Positions 7,412-15,505 of a stretch of 19,807 nt of DNA are shown piece after piece (position 1 is the first letter of the stretch; every line of letters starts with the position of its first letter). The notes beneath the pieces were generated by a model. It was not told the DNA's origin and did no database searches. It saw nothing but the letters and a program-made list of their open reading frames with translations. The stretch is from Trueperaceae bacterium. GTDB taxonomy: Bacteria; Deinococcota; Deinococci; Deinococcales; Trueperaceae. Where the stretch lies: assembly GCA_040905465.1 (NCBI GenBank), contig JBBDRK010000016.1, positions 2,934 through 22,740 of the forward strand, in the 5' to 3' direction. The position numbers and the translations under genes were made by a program.

Positions 7412-8432
7412 GCTCTTCGGACGGAGCTGGAGCCGGCGCGAGCTCCTCGAACGGGTGGGCGATGTGGCCCAGTTGGCCGGCGTACGCGCCGCCGTCCTCG
7501 GCGACGGACGCGCGGCAGGAGTCGGGATGCTGGAGGTGTATACCTCCGGACTGACCTTCCAGATCCTCTCGGGCCGGGCCCTGGACATCGGCGCCTGCAG
7601 CTTCCGTGGCCTTCCGTTGCAGTGGACATCGCCGGTAGGAGAGGTCCACCCGGCCTACTACGAACCGGCAGGCAAGGGCTGGTTGCGTTCGTTCCCCGGG
7701 GGATTGCTGACTACTTGCGGCCTCGACCACTTCGGCGCCGCCTCGGTCGCCGGAGGCGAGGATCGTGGGCTGCACGGCCGAGCGTCGAATCTGCCGGCGG
7801 AGCGCGTTGCCTGGCGCGGCCGCTGGCTAGGCGACGAGTACGAGATCGAGGTGACCGGGCGCGTACGCCAAGCTCGTTTGTTCGGCGAGAATCTGACCCT
7901 CGAACGCAGACTCGTCACCAGACTGGGCGCGAGTTGGCTGCGCGTGGAGGACACCGTCAGCAACGAGGGCTTCCGCGAGCAACCGCATATGCTCCTCTAC
8001 CACTGCAACCTGGGTTTTCCGCTGGTTCAGGCCGGCGCCGAACTGCATCTCGACAGCCGCGAGACTGTCGCCGTCGACGCCAAGGCGGAGGCCGGACTGG
8101 GCATCTGGTCACAGGTCGACGAGCCAGCAGCCGGTTACTCGGAGCAGGTGTTCCGTCACCGGCCGCTCGTCCAGGCGGATGGGTCCGCGGTCGCCCGGCT
8201 GCTCAGCCCGAGGTCGAAACTCGCCCTGGACCTGCGCTTTTCGGCCGAAAGCCTGCCCTACCTCTACCAGTGGAAGATGCTGGGCCAGGGAGAATACGTG
8301 CTGGGCCTGGAACCGGCCAACTGCCCCGGCTTGGCGGGGAGTGCAGCGGCTCAGGCCCGAGGCGATGTCCCGCTACTCGCCCCGGGCGAACAACGCAGCT
8401 ACTCGCTGACCTTCGAGCTGGAGGAGGCGTGA
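7404..8432 (+). CDS. Aldose 1-epimerase/mutarotase-like protein (DUF4432-like), 342 aa
   Basis: Start reassigned to GTG 7404 (8-nt overlap with the SDR gene): MAELFGRSWSRRELLERVG. Motifs GRALDI, GWLRSFPGGLLTTCGL, LHGR, LYHCNLGFP, YVLGLEP (His/His/Glu mutarotase-type residues). Confidence 0.85.
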   Translation: MAELFGRSWSRRELLERVGDVAQLAGVRAAVLGDGRAAGVGMLEVYTSGLTFQILSGRALDIGACSFRGLPLQWTSPVGEVHPAYYEPAGKGWLRSFPGGLLTTCGLDHFGAASVAGGEDRGLHGRASNLPAERVAWRGRWLGDEYEIEVTGRVRQARLFGENLTLERRLVTRLGASWLRVEDTVSNEGFREQPHMLLYHCNLGFPLVQAGAELHLDSRETVAVDAKAEAGLGIWSQVDEPAAGYSEQVFRHRPLVQADGSAVARLLSPRSKLALDLRFSAESLPYLYQWKMLGQGEYVLGLEPANCPGLAGSAAAQARGDVPLLAPGEQRSYSLTFELEEA

Positions 8433-8443
8433 CGAGCTGCCCC

Positions 8444-9460
8444 TCAGCCGGCCGCCGACCGCAGCTCCTCGAGCCGTACGGTCCGGTCCTCGCGGTACGA
8501 CCGCTCTGCGGCCAGACAGGCCAATTGGACCTCGAACCCCTGGCGCACGTCCGGCTCGGGACGGCTACTTGCCAACACGGCCCGTGCGAACGCGCGCAGC
8601 TCGCTGCGATAGGCGTCGTGGTAGCGCTCAAGGAACCAGTTCACGTGCGCCCGCACGATGCCGCTCTCACCGAAGAGGGTGAGCTGGTCGGCGTGGTCGT
8701 CACGCACCACGCCTTTGCCCAAGCTGCCTCCCACCTCCAGCAGCGCCTCGTAACCGTAGCCGGTTCGCAAGCGGTTCTCGATCGTCCCCAGCCTGCCGCT
8801 CTCGAAGCGCAGGCCGATCGACGTGGTGTCGGGCTTGCCCAACTCCAGAAAGCGGGGGTCGAGGCAGGCGTCGCCCCAAGCCCGAACCTCGCTTATCGGT
8901 CCGAAGAAGAGCAGGGCCATGTCCATGTCGTGGCTGAGGGTGTCGTGGAAGATGCCGGCCGCCCGCTGCATCGCTTCGAAGCTGGTTCCGCTGGGGTCGG
9001 CGGTGGCGGAACGGAAGGTCTCGAGCGAGCCCAGCTCGCCCGCCGCCACCGCCCGGCGCAGCCTCTCCACGCCAGCGTCGAAGCGCCGTTGGAACCCGAT
9101 CTGAAACGGCACCCCGCTCGCTTCGACCTTTTCCACCACTCCACGCGCCTCGGCCAGATCGACAGCCAGCGGCTTTTCACAGAAAATCGCCTTGCCGGCG
9201 GCCGCCGCTCGCTCTATCAGGTCGGCGTGGGTGAAGGCGGGCGTAGCAATCACCACCGCGTCTATCCCAGGGTCGTCGAGCGCCGCGCCCGGATCGCTGC
9301 CGGCAACTGGACAGCCCGCTTCCGCGGCGACCTTGCGGGCACTCTCGCCGTCGACATCTATCACCGCTGCCAATCGTGCCTGCGTCATGGTGGCCAGCGT
9401 CTCGGCATGGAACCTGCCCATCAATCCAGCGCCCAGAAGTGCCATTTGCAAACGTCCCAC
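8444..9460 (-). CDS. Gfo/Idh/MocA family oxidoreductase (inositol 2-dehydrogenase-like)
   Basis: LGAGLMG Rossmann motif, DAVVIATP, IFCEKP, QIGFQRRFD and GIFHDTLSHDMD. GTG 9460 preferred because GGAGG lies 7 nt upstream of it but almost abuts ATG 9466. Confidence 0.9.
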   Translation of the reverse strand: MGRLQMALLGAGLMGRFHAETLATMTQARLAAVIDVDGESARKVAAEAGCPVAGSDPGAALDDPGIDAVVIATPAFTHADLIERAAAAGKAIFCEKPLAVDLAEARGVVEKVEASGVPFQIGFQRRFDAGVERLRRAVAAGELGSLETFRSATADPSGTSFEAMQRAAGIFHDTLSHDMDMALLFFGPISEVRAWGDACLDPRFLELGKPDTTSIGLRFESGRLGTIENRLRTGYGYEALLEVGGSLGKGVVRDDHADQLTLFGESGIVRAHVNWFLERYHDAYRSELRAFARAVLASSRPEPDVRQGFEVQLACLAAERSYREDRTVRLEELRSAAG

Positions 9461-9770
9461 CAGCATTCCTCCGTACCGGCTAGCTCGCGGCCGAGTCCGA
9501 ATCTACAACAGAACCGTTGGCTCGGTACCCGGCAGCGGGTGCCGCCGGTCCGCCGGCACCCCCCTGCGAGCCCAAACCGATCGGAAACTCCCCCGACATC
9601 ACCAGCCAAGAGTCCTTCACCGCCCCCGGCGCTCCCAGCCGAGGTCGATCCGAAGGGGGGGAAGATGGCAGACATCGCTGTCGGATAGCTTCTCGAAATT
9701 CTCTCCGCCACGAGTTCACGGATCCGCTTTCTCACCTGTTGAAGCAGTGCATTGACCCGGAGGTCGGCAA

Positions 9771-11057
9771 ATGAAGCGATTGCTCTTTTCGGCACTACTC
9801 ACCCTCGCCTGCTCGGCTGCTGCGCAAGGCCAGCTAAAAGTTGCTCACTACTTCGATCCGCTCGGCGGCAGCCACCTGGTAGCCAGCCTCGAGTGGCTGG
9901 AAGGGGTAACGGAAGTGTTCCGTTCGCAGAGCGAGGATACCCGGGTGGACTACGAACTCTTCGCCTGGGACGAGATCGATCAGCGGATGGTGGTCGACCA
10001 GCAGGCCGGGGTGGCCCACGACGTCACCTTCGCGTCGTCGCAACTCACCCCCCGGCACGCCGCGGCCGGCAGCCTCCAGGACATCTCGGCCTTCGTAGAG
10101 CAGTGGAGCCCGGAGGAGTTGGAGGATCTCTCCTGGAGCCCGGTGTGGGAAGCGGGCTACCCGTACGGCATTCCCACGGGCGTCCATATCCGCCTGATGG
10201 CGTACCGAACCGATCTGTTCGAGGAGGCAGGGCTGAGCCCGCCAACCACGCTGGACGAGCTCGTGGAGCAGGCGAAGACCCTCACCAGGGACACCGACGG
10301 TGACGGCGAAATCGACACCTGGGGGCTCGGCATCTACCTCGGCTCCCAACGTGCCACCGCCGAACTGGCGTTCACGCCTCTTGTATGGCACTTCGGTGGC
10401 GACGTGTGGGACGCAGAGTCGGGCGAGGCCACATTCGCCTCGGATGCCGGCGTGCAGGCGGCACAGTTCCTCAGCGACCTGGTGCACGAGCACAAGGTGA
10501 CACCGGAGTGGGTGGTAGCCGGAAATTACGACGATGTAGTCCTGCGTGGACTGCTCGACGGCCAGTTCGCCATGACCTGGGGCTATGGCTCCTACTGGAT
10601 ATCGGTGCTCGAGGATGAGGGACTGACCCAGGGATGCTGGCCGGCCACCGTCGACTGCACCAGCACCGGCGCCAGCGTGTTCGTCACGCCCACCGATGGG
10701 GGCGCTCAATTCGGCAACTCCTGGATCGTGGGAGTGCATGGACGGAGCCAACAGCCCGAACTCGCCTTCGACTACATCGAGGCGATGGTCGAGTCGGGAA
10801 CCCTGGAGGGTTTCGCGGACGGTGGCCTGCCGGCGCGCCAGTCCGCCTGGAACGCTCCCGAGTACGATTCTGATTTCTACCGGGCCTGGTTCGATGCGGT
10901 CGCCCGGGGACGCTCCATGCCCACCACCACACGCTTCAACGAACTCGCCGACGCCATGACCGCTGCTTTGGCCGATATCGTGCTCCGCGGCCTGCCCGTG
11001 GAGCAGACTCTGGAGAGGTACCAGAGGGAGTACAACGCGAGCTACGCGGGCGAATGA
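9771..11057 (+). CDS. Carbohydrate ABC transporter substrate-binding protein (family 1)
   Basis: Signal peptide MKRLLFSALLTLACSAAA-QG. Motifs YGIP, AYRTDLFEEAGLSPPTTLDEL and GQFAM. GGAGGT SD upstream. Followed by two permeases. Confidence 0.92.
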   Translation: MKRLLFSALLTLACSAAAQGQLKVAHYFDPLGGSHLVASLEWLEGVTEVFRSQSEDTRVDYELFAWDEIDQRMVVDQQAGVAHDVTFASSQLTPRHAAAGSLQDISAFVEQWSPEELEDLSWSPVWEAGYPYGIPTGVHIRLMAYRTDLFEEAGLSPPTTLDELVEQAKTLTRDTDGDGEIDTWGLGIYLGSQRATAELAFTPLVWHFGGDVWDAESGEATFASDAGVQAAQFLSDLVHEHKVTPEWVVAGNYDDVVLRGLLDGQFAMTWGYGSYWISVLEDEGLTQGCWPATVDCTSTGASVFVTPTDGGAQFGNSWIVGVHGRSQQPELAFDYIEAMVESGTLEGFADGGLPARQSAWNAPEYDSDFYRAWFDAVARGRSMPTTTRFNELADAMTAALADIVLRGLPVEQTLERYQREYNASYAGE

Positions 11058-11064
11058 GACGCCA

Positions 11065-11149
11065 GGAGGCAGGGCGTCGCGCCACCTTCCGATCGTGACG
11101 CCTGGCCTCCGCTCGGCGTCGCGCTGCCCAACCGCGGCGGCGCGACGTC
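11065..11149 (+). other. Two tandem GC-rich hairpins between the SBP and permease genes
   Basis: Arms 11065-11081/11094-11110 pair at 16 of 17 positions (including 2 G-U). Arms 11115-11128/11136-11149 pair at 14 of 14 (including 2 G-U). No U-tract follows. Confidence 0.65.
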
Positions 11150-11165
11150 CCTCTAACGGAGAACC

Positions 11166-12038
11166 ATGAGTCGATATTCCAGGCAGAGCCTGACCGCCTA
11201 CCTGTTCCTGCTGCCCGCCGTGGCGGCGCTGGCCACGCTGGTGCTGTTCCCGATCTTCGACGGGCTGATCATGAGCTTCCAGCGGGTAATGCTCAGCGGG
11301 GAACGTGAATTCATCGGCTTGGGCAACTACACCTCCCTCTTCGCCCAGTCGCGATTCTGGGACAATCTGCTCTACTCGCTGATCTATCTCACCGGCAACC
11401 TCGTCCTCGCGGTACCGCTCGGCTATATCGCGGCACTGCTCCTGACATCGGAGCTGCCCGGAACCCGCTATTTTCGGACTATCTTCCTGTTCCCCTGGGT
11501 CATGACCCCGGCGGTCACCGCGCTCATGTTCCAGTCGCTGGTGGACCCGGTGTCCGGGCCGGTAACGCGGCTGATGCAGTCCCTCACCGGGGAGCGGACC
11601 TATTTTCTGATCGATCCGGACCTGGCGATGCTCACGCTGGTGGTGCACTCTGCCTGGCGCTCGTTCCCGCTGATCATGCTGTTCCTGGCCGCCGGCATCG
11701 CCGGCATTCCCAAGGAGATCTACAGTGCCGCGAGTCTCGACGGCGCCAACGGTTGGACCATGTTCCGACACATAACCTTGCCGCTCACCAGGGTGCAACT
11801 GTTCATCGTGGTGCTGGTGATAACCGCTTTCACGTTGCAGGACGCCGAGAGCGTCTACGCGCTCACCGGCGGTGGTCCGGGCAACAGTACCGAGGTGGTT
11901 GCTGTCCGGCTCATGAAAGAGGCCTTCCGAAACCTGAACCTCGGCCTGGGTGCGGCGATCAGCGTGGTCCTGCTGTTTGCCGGCGGGCTGGTGATGCTTG
12001 TCTATTCGAGACTGATCGGCGAGGAGTCGACGCAGTGA
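11166..12038 (+). CDS. Carbohydrate ABC transporter permease (MalF/UgpA type)
   Basis: YLFLLPA, FIGLGNY, FRTIFLFPWV, and an EAA-type loop IPKEIYSAASLDGANGWTMFRHITLPL. Multiple TM segments. Confidence 0.93.
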   Translation: MSRYSRQSLTAYLFLLPAVAALATLVLFPIFDGLIMSFQRVMLSGEREFIGLGNYTSLFAQSRFWDNLLYSLIYLTGNLVLAVPLGYIAALLLTSELPGTRYFRTIFLFPWVMTPAVTALMFQSLVDPVSGPVTRLMQSLTGERTYFLIDPDLAMLTLVVHSAWRSFPLIMLFLAAGIAGIPKEIYSAASLDGANGWTMFRHITLPLTRVQLFIVVLVITAFTLQDAESVYALTGGGPGNSTEVVAVRLMKEAFRNLNLGLGAAISVVLLFAGGLVMLVYSRLIGEESTQ

Positions 12039-12823
12039 GACTCGTCCTGCATTGGCTGGGATTGCTGCTGATCGCCCTGTTCGTTCTGTCGCCGCTCGCC
12101 TGGGCGCTCAGGACGTCGTTTGCCGTGGCTCGCGATTTCCGCTTGTTCCCCAGCCTCACGCTCGAGAACTACCGGTTCCTGCTGTCGCAGCCGCTGTTCT
12201 ACACCTATGTGAAGAACAGCCTGGTGGTGACCGTATCGTCGGTTCTGATCGTGCTAGCCCTCAGCCTGCTGGCCGGCTACGCCCTGGCCAAACTGCGCTT
12301 TCCCGGCCGCCGCTTCGGCATTCTGTTCCTGCTTGTTCCGCTCATCCCACCGATCGCCGTGCTGGTGCCGCTTATCGGCTTCATGTTCCGCGCGGGCCTG
12401 TACGACACGTTAGCCGGTCTGATCGCGCTGAACAGCGTGTTCAACCTGCCGTTCGCCGTCTGGATGGCCCGCGGGTTCATCCTGGCGGTGCCCGAGGAGG
12501 TGGAGGAGGCCGCCATGCTCGACGGCGCCTCGCGTCTGGGAATCCTGGTCCGCATCATCGTGCCGCTCACGACTACCGGGATGATCGCGGTTGCCACCTA
12601 CGTCTTCATTCAGACCTGGAACAACTACATCTACGCCTTCGCGATCATCTCCTCGCCGGCCGAACGAGTGGTGCCGATGGGGATCCTCGCTTCGCTGGGG
12701 GCGTGGGGAACCCAGTGGGGCCCTCTCACGGCGTTCGGCGTTCTAGGTGTCCTGCCGCCGATACTCCTGCTGCTGCTTGCGCACCGTTGGTTCGTAACCG
12801 GGTTCGTGAGCGCTGCCAAGTGA
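12035..12823 (+). CDS. Carbohydrate ABC transporter permease (MalG/UgpE type), 262 aa
   Basis: Start reassigned to GTG 12035 (GTGA overlap, GAGGAG SD). TLENY, NSLVV, AGYALAKLRFPG, EAA loop VPEEVEEAAMLDGAS, and WNNY. Confidence 0.93.
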   Translation: MRLVLHWLGLLLIALFVLSPLAWALRTSFAVARDFRLFPSLTLENYRFLLSQPLFYTYVKNSLVVTVSSVLIVLALSLLAGYALAKLRFPGRRFGILFLLVPLIPPIAVLVPLIGFMFRAGLYDTLAGLIALNSVFNLPFAVWMARGFILAVPEEVEEAAMLDGASRLGILVRIIVPLTTTGMIAVATYVFIQTWNNYIYAFAIISSPAERVVPMGILASLGAWGTQWGPLTAFGVLGVLPPILLLLLAHRWFVTGFVSAAK

Positions 12824-12849
12824 AGCTCCCTTAGAATGGTGCGGCCCCG

Positions 12850-14559
12850 CTACTCCTTGAGGAACGCCTTCACCAGCTTGGCCTGGCCGGCGCCCTCGTT
12901 CAGCAGTCGGTAGCTGCCGGCAGCGGCCGGAACGATGAACGTCTCGGCAAAATGGAAGCGCTGTTCGCGGCCGCCGCAACGCAGGAGGATCGGGCCGCCC
13001 TCCACCAGGTTCAGCACGTGCGGCCCGCCTCGGGTCGTCGCCTCGACCTGCCGGGCGAACTCCAGGCGATGTACGTCGTAGAAGTGCTCGGCGTGGGTGG
13101 GCAGGTGGACGGTTCGCCAACCGTCACCTTGTTCCAGCACGCGCGGCGTGGCGATGAGCTCCTCGTCTACACGCCCTCCCGCCCGCCCGAAATCGAGGTT
13201 CTCGAAGGCGCGCTCTATGTTGAGCGGCCGGGGCTGCCCGTCGAGCCCGAGCCGCTGCCAGTCGTACAGCTTGAAGGTGAAGATGTAGGGCGTGGCGCTG
13301 ATCTCGAGCACCATGTTGCCGGCTCCCGAGCAGTGGATGGTGCGATTAGGGATGAGGAACAGATCGTGCTTCTCGGCTGGCAACGCGCGCACGAAGCGTC
13401 CCACGTCCAGCGCCTGCCCGCTCCGCGCGCTCTCCTCGAGCGCCGCACGGAACTCGGCCGGCTCGATTCCCTCCCGGAAGCCCAGGTAGACCTGCGCGCT
13501 TGGCGCAAGATCGACGATGTAGTAGGTCTCGTCCTGAGTGAACGACTCACCGAACTGGCGGCGAATGTACTCACTTCCGGGGTGGCACTGCAGCGACAGA
13601 TTGCCACCCTCGACCGTGTCGAGGTAGTCGAAGCGGATAGGGAACTCGTCGCCGAAACGCTCCCGGTGCCTGCCGAGCAGCGCCTCGCCGGCATGGAACA
13701 TCAGGAAGTCGAAGGAGACCTCCAGCCGCTGCCCGCCGCTTTCCAGAGCGATACTGTTCTCCGGCGTTATCAGCTCGAACGACCATGCGTAGTTGGGCAC
13801 GTCCTGCGGCAGCTCCGGAATCAGCCGCTTGAGCCACTGGCCGCCCCACGGGCCCGGCTCGAACCACGGCACCGCCCGCACGAAACTGGTTCCCATGCCG
13901 TCCAGCGCGCGGCGTAGATCGTCTCCCGTCACGAAGGAAGGTTCGGCGGTCTGCCGGCCATCGACAAGCAGGTCGATTCGCGAGGTGAGTTCCGCCTTGT
14001 GCCGGTTCAGCGCTACCCAGTCAACGAAGTAGAAGCGCTTGTACATCTCCTTGGGCGGCGCCGGCTCGTCACTACCGAGGTTGCCTATCTCGCCCGAGCG
14101 TGAACGGTACTGGACGACGTTCTTGGATACGTCCACGTAGGCCAGAAAGCCGGCCCATTTGGCAAGAGCCGCGCCGCTGCCGTAAATGATCGAGACTTGC
14201 GCCTGCGGATCCGGTTGCAGGGCAGCGAGGGCGCTCGTGTCGAAGAACTCCCGTAGCCGGCCAGTGAAGCGCGTCCCGAACAGCGGATCGTTGCCGCCCA
14301 GGAAGGGCGCTACCAACTCCTCGATCTGCCGGGCGGGCCGGAGGGCGTCGGCGACCGGCTGCCAGTGGACGTTCACGCCGGAACGTTCGAAGGCTGCCGC
14401 CAGTGCGCCCCTCAACTCCTCCCACAACACTCCCCCGTAGCCGTCTAGGATGACGACGCGCTGTCGCGCCAGGGTGGCGGCCAGGGCTTCGGCGCCGGTG
14501 CCGATGCGTCCCGGCTCGAGTCCGAAGGCGGGTTGCGGGTCGTAGCCGCGGCGAGTCAC
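12850..14559 (-). CDS. Long class I mannose-6-phosphate isomerase-like cupin protein with extra N-terminal domain
   Basis: PWGGQWL, FPIRFDYLDT, NLSLQCHP, QDETYY, HCSG and VLEIS (Q/H/E/H metal ligands of type I PMI). At 569 aa it has a ~220-aa N-terminal extension containing ILDGYGG. Confidence 0.8.
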   Translation of the reverse strand: MTRRGYDPQPAFGLEPGRIGTGAEALAATLARQRVVILDGYGGVLWEELRGALAAAFERSGVNVHWQPVADALRPARQIEELVAPFLGGNDPLFGTRFTGRLREFFDTSALAALQPDPQAQVSIIYGSGAALAKWAGFLAYVDVSKNVVQYRSRSGEIGNLGSDEPAPPKEMYKRFYFVDWVALNRHKAELTSRIDLLVDGRQTAEPSFVTGDDLRRALDGMGTSFVRAVPWFEPGPWGGQWLKRLIPELPQDVPNYAWSFELITPENSIALESGGQRLEVSFDFLMFHAGEALLGRHRERFGDEFPIRFDYLDTVEGGNLSLQCHPGSEYIRRQFGESFTQDETYYIVDLAPSAQVYLGFREGIEPAEFRAALEESARSGQALDVGRFVRALPAEKHDLFLIPNRTIHCSGAGNMVLEISATPYIFTFKLYDWQRLGLDGQPRPLNIERAFENLDFGRAGGRVDEELIATPRVLEQGDGWRTVHLPTHAEHFYDVHRLEFARQVEATTRGGPHVLNLVEGGPILLRCGGREQRFHFAETFIVPAAAGSYRLLNEGAGQAKLVKAFLKE

Positions 14560-15491
14560 GAGTTGGTGCCCGGCTTACCCTCGACAAGCAGTTGGCTGGC
14601 AGCGCCCTGCAGTGCGGCGGCGTCCAGTCTCATCGCGGTAACCAAATCCGGTGTCGGAGATACTTCCGCGTTCTGCACGAGCGCCTGCCTGGCGGCGGGA
14701 ACGAAGAGATCGGCACTGCGGCTTATCTGGCCGCCCAGCACGACCCGCTGCGCCCGGAAACCGGCGAACACCGGTGCCAGCGCCGCTGCCAGTGCCTCTC
14801 CGAAGCGCCTGTAGGTTTCCGCTGCTCGCTCGTCGCCGGAGCGGGCCAGGTCCGCCAGCTCGGCGCCGTCGATCTCGTCCTCGATCCGACCAGAGCCCGC
14901 TACCTCCCGCCACAACCGCCACAACCCGCGTTGCGAGAGCCACTCGTCCACTACCGCACCACGATAGGGCAGCGGATAGACGTAGCCGTTCTCGGGAACG
15001 CCTTCACCCTCGCTCACCAGCGCGCCATCCACCGCGAACGCCGATCCGCAGCCAGTCCCCAGCGTGAGGAACACGGCGCGTTCCATGCCGCGCGCAGCGC
15101 CGTAGTGCAGTTCCCCCAGCGCGAAGGCCGCGGCGTCGTTCACCCACCTCCAGGGAAGGGAGCTCAGTTGGGGCAGGCGCCGGCGCAACAACGAGTCGAG
15201 CTCGAGCCCATAGAGTGCCTCGAACTTCCCCAGGCCATTCATCCGGCTTATCGCCCGCCGGTAGTCGAACGGGCCGGGAATGGCCACCGTGACCCCGATG
15301 ACGGTGCTCTCGCCTGCCCGGCCATGCGCGGCCTCTATCGCCTCGGTTAGCTCGGCCAGGATCTCCTGGGCACCAGCTGTGCTGTCGATAGTTCGTCTGG
15401 CCAGGTCACCGTCGACGCTGCCATCGCTCTGTATCAGTCCGCTCTTGATCGCGCTTCCGCCTATATCGAAACTGATCACTACGCGGCTCAC
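14556..15491 (-). CDS. ROK family sugar kinase
   Basis: FDIGGSAIK (ATP-binding), AIPGPFD, VNDAAAFALGE, LTLGTGCGSAF and VVLGGQIS. No HTH. GTGA overlap with the PMI-like gene. Confidence 0.9.
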   Translation of the reverse strand: MSRVVISFDIGGSAIKSGLIQSDGSVDGDLARRTIDSTAGAQEILAELTEAIEAAHGRAGESTVIGVTVAIPGPFDYRRAISRMNGLGKFEALYGLELDSLLRRRLPQLSSLPWRWVNDAAAFALGELHYGAARGMERAVFLTLGTGCGSAFAVDGALVSEGEGVPENGYVYPLPYRGAVVDEWLSQRGLWRLWREVAGSGRIEDEIDGAELADLARSGDERAAETYRRFGEALAAALAPVFAGFRAQRVVLGGQISRSADLFVPAARQALVQNAEVSPTPDLVTAMRLDAAALQGAASQLLVEGKPGTNS

Positions 15492-15505
15492 TACGCCGTC
15501 TGCCG

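Noticed and set aside
8444-9460. Assigning the gene symbol iolG
   Set aside because: The family is clear but the substrate motifs diverge, and no other iol genes (iolE/D/B/C) are in the window.
7622-9688. 688-aa plus-strand ORF
   Set aside because: Off-frame over the mutarotase-like gene and antisense to the Gfo/Idh/MocA gene; Arg/Pro-rich without motifs.
9834-11798. 654-aa minus-strand ORF
   Set aside because: Antisense shadow of the ABC SBP and permease genes.
11753-12034. Upstream extension of the second permease ORF
   Set aside because: Overlaps the first permease; GTG 12035 has an SD and a GTGA overlap.
12850-14559. Assigning the gene symbol manA
   Set aside because: Much longer than ManA, with an extra domain; substrate unproven.
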